This document shows, one piece after another, positions 9,292 to 20,998 of a DNA stretch of 25,193 nt (the stretch's first letter is position 1; each line of letters starts with the position of its first letter). Made by a program: the position numbers and the translations under genes. Where the stretch lies: assembly GCF_006345805.1 (NCBI RefSeq), contig NW_021836213.1, positions 1-25,193 on the forward strand. Reading direction: 5' to 3'. Source of the stretch: Octopus sinensis. Taxonomy: Eukaryota. The notes under the pieces are model-generated. The model had not been told where the DNA came from, made no database searches, and saw only the letters and a list, made by a program, of their open reading frames with translations.

Positions 9292-9600
9292 AACATTATT
9301 GGTGAATTGAAGAAATGGAGCTGAACGCAGATTGAACAGAAATCGTTTTATTTCATTCTACACGTGTTTCGCCATGGGCTCTTAGGAGCACAGTTCGATT
9401 TGTTTTTTGCTCCGCCTCTGTTCTGTTTTTGTGTTTCCAACGGATTTCCTTTTTTCTTCCTGATGAGAAAGACACAATATGGTCCCATTATTCAATCGGA
9501 TTTTGGTAATTTGTGCCTTTCGAAACACGTGTAGAATGAAATAAAACGATTTCTGTTCAATCTGCGTTCAGCTCCATTTCTTCAATTCACCAATAATGTT
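9292..9600 (+). mobile_element. Penelope-type pLTR with an 80-bp perfect 5' inversion
   Basis: Arms 9292-9371 and 9521-9600 are exact reverse complements. The sense copy contains a hammerhead. Confidence 0.8.
9452..9542 (+). ncRNA. Type I hammerhead ribozyme with a long stem II
   Basis: TTC-CTGATGA (9460-9466)-GAAAGACACAA...TTGTGCCTTTC-GAAA (9522-9525)-CACGTG-TA-GAA. Stem II pairs 10 of 11 positions, stem III is palindromic (ACACGUGU), GUA triplet. Confidence 0.75.
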
Positions 9601-9631
9601 ATATATATATATTATATATATATTATATATA

Positions 9632-10095
9632 ATACTTTATTTAAAGCAGCAGAAAATTCAACAAAATCTGTTATATATATATATATAATAATAATAATAA
9701 TAAATATTAGGGAATAAAATCCAAACTTACAGGGAAAATCAGATTTAGGATTAAATCCAATTTATAGTAAAATATTATATTATATTAAATTAGAGACAAA
9801 ACCACTATTAGGCAAATCAAACAATGAAAAACTTAAGCCAATACATAAGATTAATTTATATTATTTAAATATATAACAAAATTATTAAAAAAATATAATT
9901 AATATCACACTACGATCGTTTTATGCCTGCTAACTCCTTCAAAATTTTGAGTCGCAGTCATTAATTATATTAATTATATTTTTTTAATAATTTTGTTTTA
10001 TATTTAAATAATATAAATTAGTCTTATGTATTGGCTTAAGTTTTTCATTGTTTGATTTGCCTAATAGTGGTTTTGTCTCTAATTTAATATAATAT
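9632..10095 (-). mobile_element. Fold-back (probable Penelope pLTR) with the 3' half of a hammerhead in the spacer
   Basis: Arms about 9777-9903 and 9960-10095 are near-perfect inverted repeats. The spacer read on the minus strand has GCAGGCAT-AAAA-CGATCG-TA-GTGTGAT, a stem III plus GUA with GAAA mutated. Confidence 0.6.
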
Positions 10096-10111
10096 ATATA
10101 TATATTTATAT

Positions 10112-10537
10112 AGGCGTAGGAGTGGCTGTGTGGTAAGTAGCTTGCTTACAAACCACATGGTTCCGGGTTCAGTCCCACTGCGTGGCACCTTGGGCAAGTG
10201 TCTTCTAATATAGTCTCGGACCAACCAAAGCCTTGTGAGTGGATTTGGTAGACGGAAGCTGAAAGAAGCCTGTCGTATATATGTATAATATATATGTTTG
10301 TGTGTGTGTATATGTTTGTGTGTCTGTGTTTGTACCCACCAACATCGCTTGACAACCGATGCTGGTGTGTTTACGTCCCAGTAACTTAGCGGTTCAGCAA
10401 AAGAGACCGATAGAATAAGTACTAGGCTTACAAAGAATAAGTCTTGGGGGTCGATTTGCTCGACTAAAGGCGGTGCTCCAGCATGGCCACAGTCAAATGA
10501 CTGAAACAAGTAAAAGAGAGTGAAAAGTAAAGAGAGT
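10112..10537 (+). mobile_element. Full-length tRNA-derived SINE, family A (CORE-like central segment)
   Basis: AGGCGTAGGAGTGGCTGTGTGGTAAG...GGTTCAGTCCC head, ACCTTGGGCAAGT segment, central (TA/TG)n, and a conserved 3' half ending in GTAAAAGA repeats. There are multiple copies in the window. Confidence 0.9.
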
Positions 10538-10565
10538 ATATATATATATATATATCTATATATAC

Positions 10566-10611
<46 letters not shown>

Positions 10612-10658
10612 ATATATATATATAATATAATATATATTATAGTATATATATATACATA

Positions 10659-10752
<94 letters not shown>

Positions 10753-10770
10753 AGGTGTGTGTATATATGA
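10538..10770. repeat. (TA)n-rich microsatellite (similar tracts at 1969-2112, 2258-2440, 4260-4460, 5575-5640, 5860-5960, 10960-11170, 13020-13262)
   Basis: Directly visible. These tracts generate the YI/IY ORFs in the track. Confidence 0.97.
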
Positions 10771-10819
10771 GGCACTGATAGGGTGAAAGTATGATTGACC
10801 GCTAACAAGTTTTTTTTTC

Positions 10820-10960
10820 ATTCTGTCCCTCGTGTTTCATTCTGTTGAAGAGCGTAGGCTCGAAACGTAAAGACTTTCTCCCCTTCCCGAGCGTCAAACT
10901 AATATACCTGCTTATTGTTTATACACCTGTCTTCGTCTTTTGTGTTTCTGTAAATTTCAA
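10820..10960 (+). mobile_element. Penelope-type pLTR fragment with a variant hammerhead
   Basis: 10842-10874 reads CTGTTGA-A-GAGC(GTAG)GCTC-GAAA-CG-TA-AAGAC. Stem I is weak in this copy. Confidence 0.55.
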
Positions 10961-11096
10961 CTATATACATACATATATAATATATATATGATATATATAT
11001 ATATAATATATATATATTATATTATATATATAATAATTATATATATATATGAATAATATATAATATATATATATATTATATATAATATATATGATA

Positions 11097-11138
<42 letters not shown>

Positions 11139-11853
11139 TATGTATGTATGTATGTATGCATGTATGTATAGTCCTGTTGCCTGTTTACTTTCATGAATTT
11201 CTTTGCCCCAATAATTCATGCCTTTTTATTGAAATCGGGTATAATACATGATAAACAGAAAGGCAAATTGTTTCGTGAATATCAAAAGAACATCTCTGAA
11301 AAGAAAGATCAGACTGACCCTTCTTTCGATCTTCGCTTTTCATCTAATCACGTGAAAACATTACAGACGGACCAAGTAACGGAGAAAAAATACTTTGATC
11401 AAAAAATAATTACACACTTCACACACCCCCAACCTCTCCCTCTACCTCCCACACCTCCCTTCCCCCTTCCTTTTCCTCCTCCCATCTCCCCTCCCTTCCC
11501 CTCCGCCTTCAATTAAATCACGTGGAAGTGTTACAAGCGGGCTAAATAACGGAGTGACAAGCAGAATTATTATAAGATTTAAAGCGCTATTTATTTATTT
11601 TTGTCGTGTTTTGTTTATATTTTAAGTATTGCCGTCCGTGAAAAGAGTTACTGTTCTATGAAGCAGACAACAGATATTTTTATATAGATTATCTCTTCCA
11701 AAACGCTCATCAAACACATCGACTAAATGATCGTTGAATGACCAATGTCATTCTCCACCATTCGTCCAATTATTTATCTATTCAACTTTTACTGAACCAA
11801 AAAGAGAATAAATTACAACCGAAAGGGAAAAAAAGAATAAAAGTAAATAGCAT

Positions 11854-12276
11854 AGGCGCAGGAGTGGCTGTGTGGTAAGTAGCTTGCTAACCAACCACAT
11901 GGTTGCGGGTTCAGTCCCACTGCGTGGCATCTTGGGCAAGTGTCTTCTACTATAGCCTCGAGCAGACCAAAGCCTTGTGAGTGGATTTGGTAGACGGAAA
12001 CTGAAAGAAGCCCGTTGTATATATGTATATATATATATATGTATGCGTGTTTGTGTGTCTGTGTTTGTCCCCCTAGCATTGCTTGACGACCGATGCTGGT
12101 GTGTTTATGTCCCCGTTACTTAGCGGTTCGGCAAAAGAGATCGATAGAATAAGTACTGGGCTTAGAAAAAGAATAAGTCCCGGGGTCGAGTTGCTCAATT
12201 AAAGGCGGTGCTCCAGCATGGCCGCAGTCAAAAACAAATGACTGAAACAAGTAAAAGAGTAAAAGAGTAAAGAGTA
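11854..12276 (+). mobile_element. Full-length SINE, family A
   Basis: Collinear with 10112-10537 and has a (GTAAAAGA)n tail. Confidence 0.9.
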
Positions 12277-12450
12277 TAAAAATTCCTTTTATGAGATGTA
12301 GACTTTCCAAATTTATATTTGATATATTATACGCCGTCGTCACCCCAAGTGCTCTCGGAACCTGGACTGCTGATTTCTTCCATAAAAATCGTGATAACTG
12401 CGACCTGTCTGAGAAATGAGCTCCGCGAGTTGAAGTAGTTGTTGCAGAGA

Positions 12451-12477
12451 GTCTCCATGGCTAGTCTCCACGGCAAC
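12451..12477. promoter_or_regulatory. Tandem RFX X-box-like motifs
   Basis: GTCTCCATGGCTAG (12451-12464) overlaps GTCTCCACGGCAAC (12464-12477). They lie in a non-repetitive, locally GC/CpG-richer patch (about 12330-12560). Confidence 0.45.
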
Positions 12478-12824
12478 ATGTTTGCAATCATCTCCACAAG
12501 GCATGGCTAAACATGCCATACCCACACACACCCCTGTTCAATCTTCTGCTGCATAATACCCTCCAATTTTTTTTTTTTTTGCTTTTCTTTGCTTCCCTGG
12601 TAAGGTAGTTATGAAAGTGGGGGGGGGTGATTTTTTTTCAATAATTTAATCTTTTAAACTTTTAATGCTTGTTTTTTTTTTCTTCTTTCTTCTACAGTGT
12701 TGGTTTTTATATTATTTCACATTCACGTTACAAGAAAACGACGTTAAAAGAAATGACGTTAAACGAGAATTCACTGTACAATTGTCCCTCGATTTGCGCG
12801 ATTTTTAATTTCTTTTGTTTTTTT

Positions 12825-12990
12825 ATTGTCTTTTATTTGTTTCAGTCATTAGACTGCGGCCATGCTAGTGCACCGCTTTAAAAAGTTTAATCGATCAAAT
12901 TTATTTTTAAAGTCTGGTACAGAACTGCGTAGTTATGGGAACGTAATCAAACAACCTCCAGTTATCAAGCGGTGTGAGGGTGGGGGTCAA
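12825..12990 (-). mobile_element. Degenerate SINE family A, 3' half
   Basis: TTTGTTTCAGTCATTAGACTGCGGCCATGCTAGTGCACCGC...TATCAAGCGG. Confidence 0.65.
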
Positions 12991-13138
12991 ATACTACCTC
13001 AAAGACACACACATACACAGATACATGCACACACACATACATGCATACATACATACATACATACATACATACACACATACATAAATATATGTATATATAT
13101 TTATATGTATATCTATATATATATGCATATATATACAA

Positions 13139-13227
<89 letters not shown>

Positions 13228-13265
13228 ATGTATATGTATGTATATGTATAGTATATATATATTTA

Positions 13266-13440
13266 TTAAAATTGTTTGATTCGGTTCTATGCGACTGAAA
13301 GTTTCGCAGGCGTCTAACAGATGCCCGTCTATTTCAGGCTACAGAGTACTGAATCGGTAGTCTATAGCCTAAAAGAGACGGGCTTCTGTTGGAGGCCTGG
13401 GAAACTTCATGTCACATAGAACCGAATCCAACTGTTTTAA
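13266..13440. repeat. Imperfect 84-bp-arm hairpin with no indels (old inversion or MITE)
   Basis: Arms 13266-13349 and 13357-13440 align without gaps, with about 15 substitutions. The loop is TGAATCG and both ends are TTAA. Confidence 0.85.
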
Positions 13441-13511
13441 ATAATGAACTCCTATTAAATGTGCTGTTGAATGCTCTTTCTCCTGTTTGTCTTCTCATTC
13501 ATATATATATG

Positions 13512-13560
<49 letters not shown>

Positions 13561-13562
13561 CT

Positions 13563-13712
13563 TTGGGCTTCCACGTAGTTTCCGTCTACCAAATTCACTC
13601 ACAAGACATTAGTTGGCCCGAGGATATAATAGAATCCATTCAAGGTGCCGCGAAGTAAGACTTGAAACCAGAAAACGCGTAGTCAGAAAGCAAGCTTCTT
13701 AATCGCACAGCC
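13563..13712 (-). mobile_element. SINE family A, 5' half
   Basis: GTTTCCGTCTACCAAATTCACTCACAAG...AGCAAGCTTCTTAATCGCACAGCC. Confidence 0.75.
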
Positions 13713-14894
13713 TGTCTGATTTTCTTAACCACAGAGAAAATCGCTAATTTGTGTGTTTTAGTTTGAGTGTATCATTTATAAACACTGCTTTGTTATTGCA
13801 TCTTTTTTTTTTCCGTTTCGGTTTTAATTTTTCCTTTATTTTCAATTCTCTCGCATTGAGTTAGACCGCACGTTAAAGTAGCACTTGTATTTATCTTTTT
13901 ATATTTCATTAAGTATTTTTGAGATGAAATAATATTGTTGCTCGTGGAAGATGATTTTTCTAGAAATGTAAATTAAAATATTTAATCAAATTCAGAACAA
14001 AACAGACTCAACAGAAAACTACGTAATAGTTTAATATAAAACGAAACAACTTAGAGAACAATACACAGAAGTAAAGAAAATTATAAAAGCTAGTGTAATC
14101 GCAGGATCTTCAATATGCTTAAAACACACACGTACGTACGTAGTAACTTTATGGAAACAATGGGAAAAAAACTATTATTTTCGATAGAAGATAAAACCAC
14201 CGCAAAACAATTGCTAATACGACAGAATATGCTAATATGACAAAACAGTAAGAGTTTTTAATAAAACCAATGTTAAAAACTAAACATATAACCAGCCTCA
14301 GGTTAGATTATTGTTGGTAAGGCACGATGTAAAAATATTTTAAATCGAAGCTCTAAATATAATATCAAATTGCATAAAATAATTGGATGAAGCGATAAGA
14401 AAAACTGTTATTTCTAGCAGACATACTGGTTACCTATCATAGCGATAGAAAGTCATTTATAGTACTGGAAACTAACTGCTTGTGCAGGAAGGCCTGTGAG
14501 GGATGTTGAATATAATGAACCGTACAAACACTTATGGATGCATGTGATCCTAGTAAATAACATTTATAAATTGTTGCATGCATTTATTAAAAGCTGTGGA
14601 GAAGGTTCTTCAGATATAATTTTAAAAGCATGGTTGCTAGGTAGGACCCTTAAATCATAAATTACAGATCGTAGTGATGTTGTCGTTGTACACTACATAG
14701 CTTTGGCTGCATGGGGTTTGAGTTACTGTTGATACGTTTTACGTAGTGAACGTAACATATTTAATCAGATATATTTATGTGGTGAGGAAAAGGAAAACTT
14801 TCCATAATTCCGATAATCAAAGGACAAAACCCTGCACATATTTCGATCTTTTTATGTATTATCAATATATATATTTACATATTATCAATATTTA

Positions 14895-15741
14895 TAGTAC
14901 GGTGAACAAACTGTCGTCTAAATTACGCAAAAAGGAAAATATCACATCTCATTTTAACAGAAATATTTACCAAAATTACATAAAAATATCTTGAAATACT
15001 AAAGAGTAAATTTATTCAATAAAATCACCATTGTCTTCAACAATGGCCTCCAGACGACTTCGGAATCTCCGGTTACTCTTCTGGACGATCTCCTTGTTTA
15101 AGTTGGTGAATGCTGTCATAATCCTTGCCTTCAGTTCATCATTGGTGTTACAAAGAGTTTTGTTGGTTTCTCATTCAACTGCGTCCCACACAGGGTGAGG
15201 GTGCAATCTGGGGAGTTAATTGGCCTGATGTTAGGGGTAATGTGGTCACAGAAATTGTTTGACAGCCATGACTGCGTTCTCCAGCTTGTGTGACATGGTG
15301 CAAAGTCCTCTTACCAGACATAGGGTCTTCCAGCAGCTAGCCTCTTCACCTAGGGCAGCACTAATTCCTCCAGGTACTTGATGTAGGCTTCCGTGTTGAG
15401 TCCGAATCCGTGTTCGAAGATGAATGGAGGCATAACATCATCACTCCAAACACCATGATGTTGACTGGAGGTTTGATCTTTATCACTCTCGGTATATGTC
15501 CTCAGATTGACACCCAAACACTCTGAAATGTTCGTATTGAAGCTTCCGGCGTAAATGCTAAGCAGTACAGCATGTCGTTTCCCAATTTCTGGCTGAGTAA
15601 ATTGCGTCTTTGTGCTGATTTTCTCACAGTCGGTGCCCAACTGACCCTACTACACTGTGTAGCCGACAAAATGAAAACAGACGGTGCACATGCACGAAAT
15701 AAAAAAATTTAAAGTGGCGATAATTTACCCGTCGCATCCTG
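14895..15741 (-). mobile_element. Degenerate, internally deleted Tc1/mariner element (maT/DD37D-like motifs)
   Basis: Minus-strand remnants include VWSDDVMPPFIFEHGFGLNTEAYIKYLEELVLP, FAPCHT, NSPDC and VWDAVE*ETNKTLCNTNDELKARIMTAFTNLNKEIVQKSNRRFRSRLEAIVEDN. The end CAGGATGCGACGGG abuts TA at 15742-15743. The subfamily call is inference. Confidence 0.85.
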
Positions 15742-16129
15742 TATATATATTTATATATTATCAATGAAGTATAAACTGCACCATAGTAACAAAGAGTTTA
15801 GTAGAAAGATATATAATCTTATACGCTGAAAAATTAGCACCTTACATTGAAATTAAATATATCAGTTAAATTCATTTAATACACATTGTATTGTATTGCT
15901 TTGTTTTTTAAAGTGGGTCTGCTGAATGTAATGTATATACGTGGGTATTGAGAAACGCCGTCGAAAGCTTTGTTGATGTCAATTAATATCTGTGGTAAAC
16001 CTATAAATAGCTAGGTAAGTGTATTTAATCGGGATCCGTGTTAGGGTTGTTTAGACTCATGTCAGCTCTGATCGAGCAAGACAATCACGAAAGAAGCCTC
16101 TCCCATGAAAATCCTTTTTTTTTTTACAA

Positions 16130-16300
16130 ATAAATAAATAAATGCGCCCTTTCAAAGCCTAGCCAGGCTCATGGGCCCGGTTTCCCGGTTTCAATGGCGT
16201 ATATGTTTCCCCAGCTGGACGGGACGCCAGTCCATCGCAGCGTTACTCATTTTTGCCAGTTGAGTGGACTGGAGCAACGTGAAATGAAGTGTATTGCCCA
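16130..16300 (-). mobile_element. SINE 3' fragment, family D, with a (TTTA)n tail
   Basis: Reverse complement runs TGGGCAATACACTTCATTTCACGTTGCTCCAGTCCACTCAACTGG...GGCGCATTTATTTATTT. Confidence 0.6.
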
Positions 16301-16493
16301 CGAAGAATGTGTTCTCAAGAAAAAATTCAGCAAAAACCAAAGTTTGAAAATAAGACAAATGAAAATATACGAAAATAAAAAACGAAACTAATTAGTACGT
16401 AGGTAATCGTTTTTATTTTCGTATATTTTCATTTGTCTTATTTTTAAACTTTGGTTTTTGCTGAATTTTTTCTTGAGAACACATTCTTCGTGG
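16298..16493. repeat. Fold-back inverted repeat (about 87-bp arms, 21-nt spacer)
   Basis: 16298-16385 and 16407-16493 are near-perfect reverse complements. Confidence 0.9.
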
Positions 16494-17774
16494 TAAATGG
16501 CGAGTTTGACGTCTATATCTAGCATACTGGTTTTAATCGATTAATATCAATTTCTACCCTTATTTAATTATATATATATGTCTATATACCTGCCCTCTTT
16601 GTAATGCTGGCAAATGGAATAAGTATAAAAATGAACATTGTCAATTTAATTAAAAAAGAAAAATTCCATATGTGGCTGAAGATTGCTCTACATTTTAAAA
16701 CTGATGTAATACTTGCATTGTTTAATTAAATGAAGTAGCATGAAACAATTGTACAACATTACCTTTGGATATCCTTGTTGCTTATTTTGATTATAATCAC
16801 CCCATTTGATTTATATGGATAATACTATACCAAATTCTGGTCCCTTTAACTTAAGTACCATATTCAACTGAATCTAAATTTTTGCTGAACTTATATATAC
16901 ATATATATATATACACGCATACACACACACATATATGAAGGCATATATTCATACGTACGAAATACACAGAGACATACACAGGCGTACATACATTTATATA
17001 TACGCATCGTTGTATCTTTCCACAAGTCGATGCATGAATGTATAACTTACTTTCACACACGCATGCTCTCAGAAATACAGGCTTACACAAACACTTATTT
17101 AGCTATATTTCGACTGATTAATTTAGAGGTTGTAAGTATGCATGTCTAAGATGAGGGCCAATTAACTGAAATTTTGCAAAGCGTTACATTATTTTCAGCA
17201 ACTTTTCCTGATAGTTTCAAAAAAGAAGTGGGGGAATTATGTATTTAATTAAAAAATAACTGAAATTCATTAAAATTGAGGAATATCAGTTACTAATTAG
17301 AAACATAATTCATTTAGAGTAATTATATTTTGAATAAAAAAATATATCTAAAAAAACGCAAGATTAAAGTTTTTTGTTATGTTCTAAATTTATTTGTCTA
17401 TTATTTTCCGAAATTTTATCTGAAATTGAAAAATACTTCTAAATTGTTTCAATGCAAGAATTCTTAGTGAATCAATATCTTTAGAATATTGTTTAAGTAA
17501 TTTATCCAAAATATAGTGAATTTTTTTAATTGCATTAAATTCTATTCGATTATTTAAAATTAAGTGGAGATGCCCGTAGCAACGATCTTTGAAAGTGTTG
17601 GCGGTGAGTTCTGTTTTATTCAGTAATATCAAGGAGTGTCGTGGCCACCCGATGTATCATGGCCACACAACTCTTTTGAAGATTCAGAATTTCCTGAGTG
17701 AGCTTGAAGAGGGATTTGGGTTAAGATATATATATGTGCGCGCGCGTTTGTGTATTCATATATGTACATATGTC

Positions 17775-17938
17775 TATGTATGTATGTATGTATGTATGTA
17801 TGTATGTTTGTATGTATGTATGCATGTATTTATGTATGTATGTATGTATGTATGTATGCATGTATGTATGTATGTATGTATGTATGTATGTAGGTATGTA
17901 TGTATGTATATATGCATGCATGCATGTATGTATGTATA
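17775..17938. repeat. (TATG)n microsatellite
   Basis: Directly visible. Confidence 0.97.
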
Positions 17939-18203
17939 TGGTTCAAATGTACAGAAAACGAAGGACAAAGACACATAAAGGAACAAGCTGGTATACTAGT
18001 TTGACGTTTGGGAAGAATGGAGAAGTGTTTGATATTTCCAGCCTACGCTCCTAAACAGATATGGATAGAGCCGCCAAGATTTTAAAGAATGATTAGAAAA
18101 TTTCTTTTACACAGTGCCGAGCCTTGCTGGTATCAAAAAGAAAGATAACTCTTAGTTTAATATTTCCATATTGAGCTATATTAGAGCCAATGAGGTATTC
18201 CCT

Positions 18204-18592
18204 TATTCTTTTACTTATTTCAGCCATTTGACAAGGGCCATGCTGGAGGACCGCCTTTAGTCGGGAAAATCGACCCCAGGACTTATTCTTTGTAAGACTA
18301 GTACTTATTCTATCAGTCTCTTTTGCCGAACCGCTAAGTTACGGGGACGTAAACACACGAGCATCGGTTGTCAAGCGATGTTGGAGGGGACAAACACACA
18401 CACAAAAATATATAAATATATACATACATACGATGGGCTTCTTTCAGTTTCCGTCTACCAAATCCACTCACAAGGCTTTAGTCGGCCCGAAGCCATAGTA
18501 GAAGATACTTGCCCAAGGTTCCACACAATGGGACTGAATCTGGAACCATGTGGTTGGAAAGCAAGATTCTTACCACACAGCTACGCCTGCGC
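18204..18592 (-). mobile_element. Full-length SINE, family A
   Basis: Reverse complement of the family A consensus seen at 10112. Confidence 0.88.
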
Positions 18593-18939
18593 TTGATCGT
18601 TTATCTTTGATGCCCTCAGAAATCGCAACACTCCGCATTGTCTTCGGTTGTGCGGGTAAAACTACTTAAAAATCTTATACATTATGAACGGCAATTCTAT
18701 GAACATAATCAGAAAGGATTTTATAAGAATATTTCGATAATTTAGTCTAAATACAATATGAAGAGTGACAGCGATAAGCAGTGATGTGTACCAATACAAA
18801 CTTGTCACCAGTTTAAATATGCTTAAAACATATTCGAACCTGTGAGAAAGTTATTCACTGTATTCTGTATATCTATTTACCCTCGTATATACTGATGTAC
18901 GAAGTTTCGCAGCTCAAGGGAGGTCTTGCAAACTGTTTG

Positions 18940-19675
18940 ACATCCTCATTGAATGATCTAGGACAAGTCGACTGCCAACCAGTGCAGCCAGTTCTAGCCA
19001 AGTTTGATCCAAAAAATTTATGGAAATCAGAGACGTGACTTCTCGTCATGCTGGTCAAATTGGTCGTTTATGGTTAGAGTATTCTCTTTCAAGGAAAGCC
19101 TTGTTTTGTTTTGCTTGTCGGCACTTTAATACTTCTGCTCAAGCTGATACTTGTTTTATTAAAAATGGATATTCTAATTTGCATCATGCAAAAGAAAAAA
19201 AAAAACAAAGGTTTAAATAAGCACGCAAACTCTGCATCCCATATCTCTTTACTTTATATATATTTCTTTACTTCTGCATCCCATATCAAAGCTATGGAAA
19301 CATGGAAGGAACGCGAACAGCGTTTATCCACAACATCATCGGTGTCTTCAATTTTGCAAAATGATCATTTCAGCGAAAACCGTTATTATATCAGTTCCAT
19401 TGTTGATATTGTTCATTTTCTTTCTGCAAACGAATTGCCTTTTCGAGGAAACGAAAATGATGCTTTTCAGGATCTTTATTCGGAAGATGATACGTAGCCT
19501 CGTGGTCTTTTTATGAAATTATTCCAGTACGCATTTGAGAAAGACTCAAAGTTAATGGAATGTTACAGCACGATTCCAAAAAATGCAATCTACACCTCAG
19601 CAGCAATGCAAAACGAAATCATCGAATTGTTGAGAAGACACAGTCAGCCTCGTGGTCGATGTTTATTTGAAATTA
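18940..19675 (+). mobile_element. hAT transposase relic (TTF-type zinc finger plus DUF4371-like, ZMYM1-related)
   Basis: Frameshifted LNDLGQVDCQPVQP..., WLEYSLSRKALFCFACRHF, GLNKHANSASHIKAMETWKE, YYISSIVDIVHFLSANELPFRGNE and IPKNAIYTSAAMQNEIIELL. Confidence 0.88.
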
Positions 19676-19731
19676 TATAAAAATAATGTTTAAAAAATAA
19701 TTGCATACATACATACATACATACAAACATA

Positions 19732-20790
19732 CGGGAGTGAGTAGAAAGTTATCCGCACTTTTGCCAAAATTTTCGATTGGCCACACCGTTTTCAGGGATC
19801 CTGATGGATTTTTATGATTACGTTTGACACAGTATTTTTTGTTTGTTTTTGTGTGGTGGGGTGTTACAAGGTAACAAAGCTCTACCATGTAGAATGAATT
19901 GTGTGTGAGTAGATTGAGAAATTTAAACATGACCAGACAAACATGAAGCACAGAAAAGGAACAGGACGCCTGTCAACCTCTACCACTGACGTGAAGATTC
20001 AACAAGTTCGGGTGGTGGTTATGAAAAACTGATGAGTGACCATCAATGAGGTGGCATGTTCTCTGCAAATCAATCATGGTTCTGCATATTAAATCATCCA
20101 CGACAAGCTTTGCTTCCATAATGTCTGTGCGAGATGGATTCCAAGAGAGCTTATCAAAGCACGTAAGTACAATCGTATGGAGATCGGTCAACACTTACTC
20201 AACCACGATGATGGCATTTTTTTTTTTTAGAGAGCATAGTCATAGGAGATGAGACCTGAATCCATCACTTCGAGCCAGAATCCATAAGGCAGAGTATTGA
20301 GTAGAAACACCAGAATCACCAGCGAAAAACAAATTCAATACACAAACTTCCACAGAAAATGTCATGCTAATCGTTTTTGGTGCGCAAAAGGACTTATACT
20401 AGAACATTACCTGGAAAAGGGGTCTACAGTCACTAGTATAGGCTATAGTGAAATGCTGGCGAACAAACTGAAATCAACAATTCGCACTAAACGCCGGGGT
20501 TTATTGTCAAATCAAGTGTTAATGCTGCACGACAACGCACACCCACTTACGGCCACCAATAAAGTTGAAACCATCGAAAAATTGAGAATCGAGTTGCTGA
20601 AACACTGTGCATAGTTCAGATCTCGCCCCTTCCAATTATCACCTCTTTGGACCGCCCAAATATCCTTTGCAAGGTTGTCGATTTGTTAAAGACGAAGAAG
20701 TGAAAGAAGTGTTACAGAAATGGATGCGCAGCCAACTGAAAACTTTCTTCGATGGAATAATCAAGATTATGGATCGCTGAAAGTAGATCA
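19732..20790 (+). mobile_element. Degenerate mariner (DD34D) transposon
   Basis: Remnants GRP..STTD, CARWIPREL, IGDET*IHHFEPE, MLIVF...KGLILEHYLEKGSTV, LMLHDNAHP and DEEVKEVLQKWMRSQ, with stops and frameshifts. The TIR-like start TA-CGGGAGTGAGTAGAAAGTTATCCGCAC is at 19730. Confidence 0.9.
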
Positions 20791-20961
20791 TCGAAATCAC
20801 TTAAATGTCAAAAAATCACGTAAATATACCACCTGCACTAACCCGTACTCCGCATACTGACAACAACTACGACTGACAATGAAAGTGTAGGTTGCTGGAT
20901 CCCCATACGTCGAGACCGACGGGAGAGTCCATCATATATATATGTGTGTTTATGCATACAT

Positions 20962-20998
<37 letters not shown>

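Noticed and set aside
10084-10821. 245-aa ORF and the many similar YI/VC/HT/LSIY ORFs
   Set aside because: They are translations of (TA)n, (TG)n, (TATG)n and (GATA)n microsatellites and SINE antisense strands, which lack stops by composition.
12340-12531. 63-aa minus-strand ORF (MCVGMACL...) as the first exon or signal peptide of the mucin gene
   Set aside because: There is no hydrophobic signal peptide, no good donor site and no recognisable domain. The region is kept only as a regulatory candidate.
16764-16880. Minus-strand exon ending at AAG|GTAATG
   Set aside because: No good acceptor, and in-frame stops in the frames tested.
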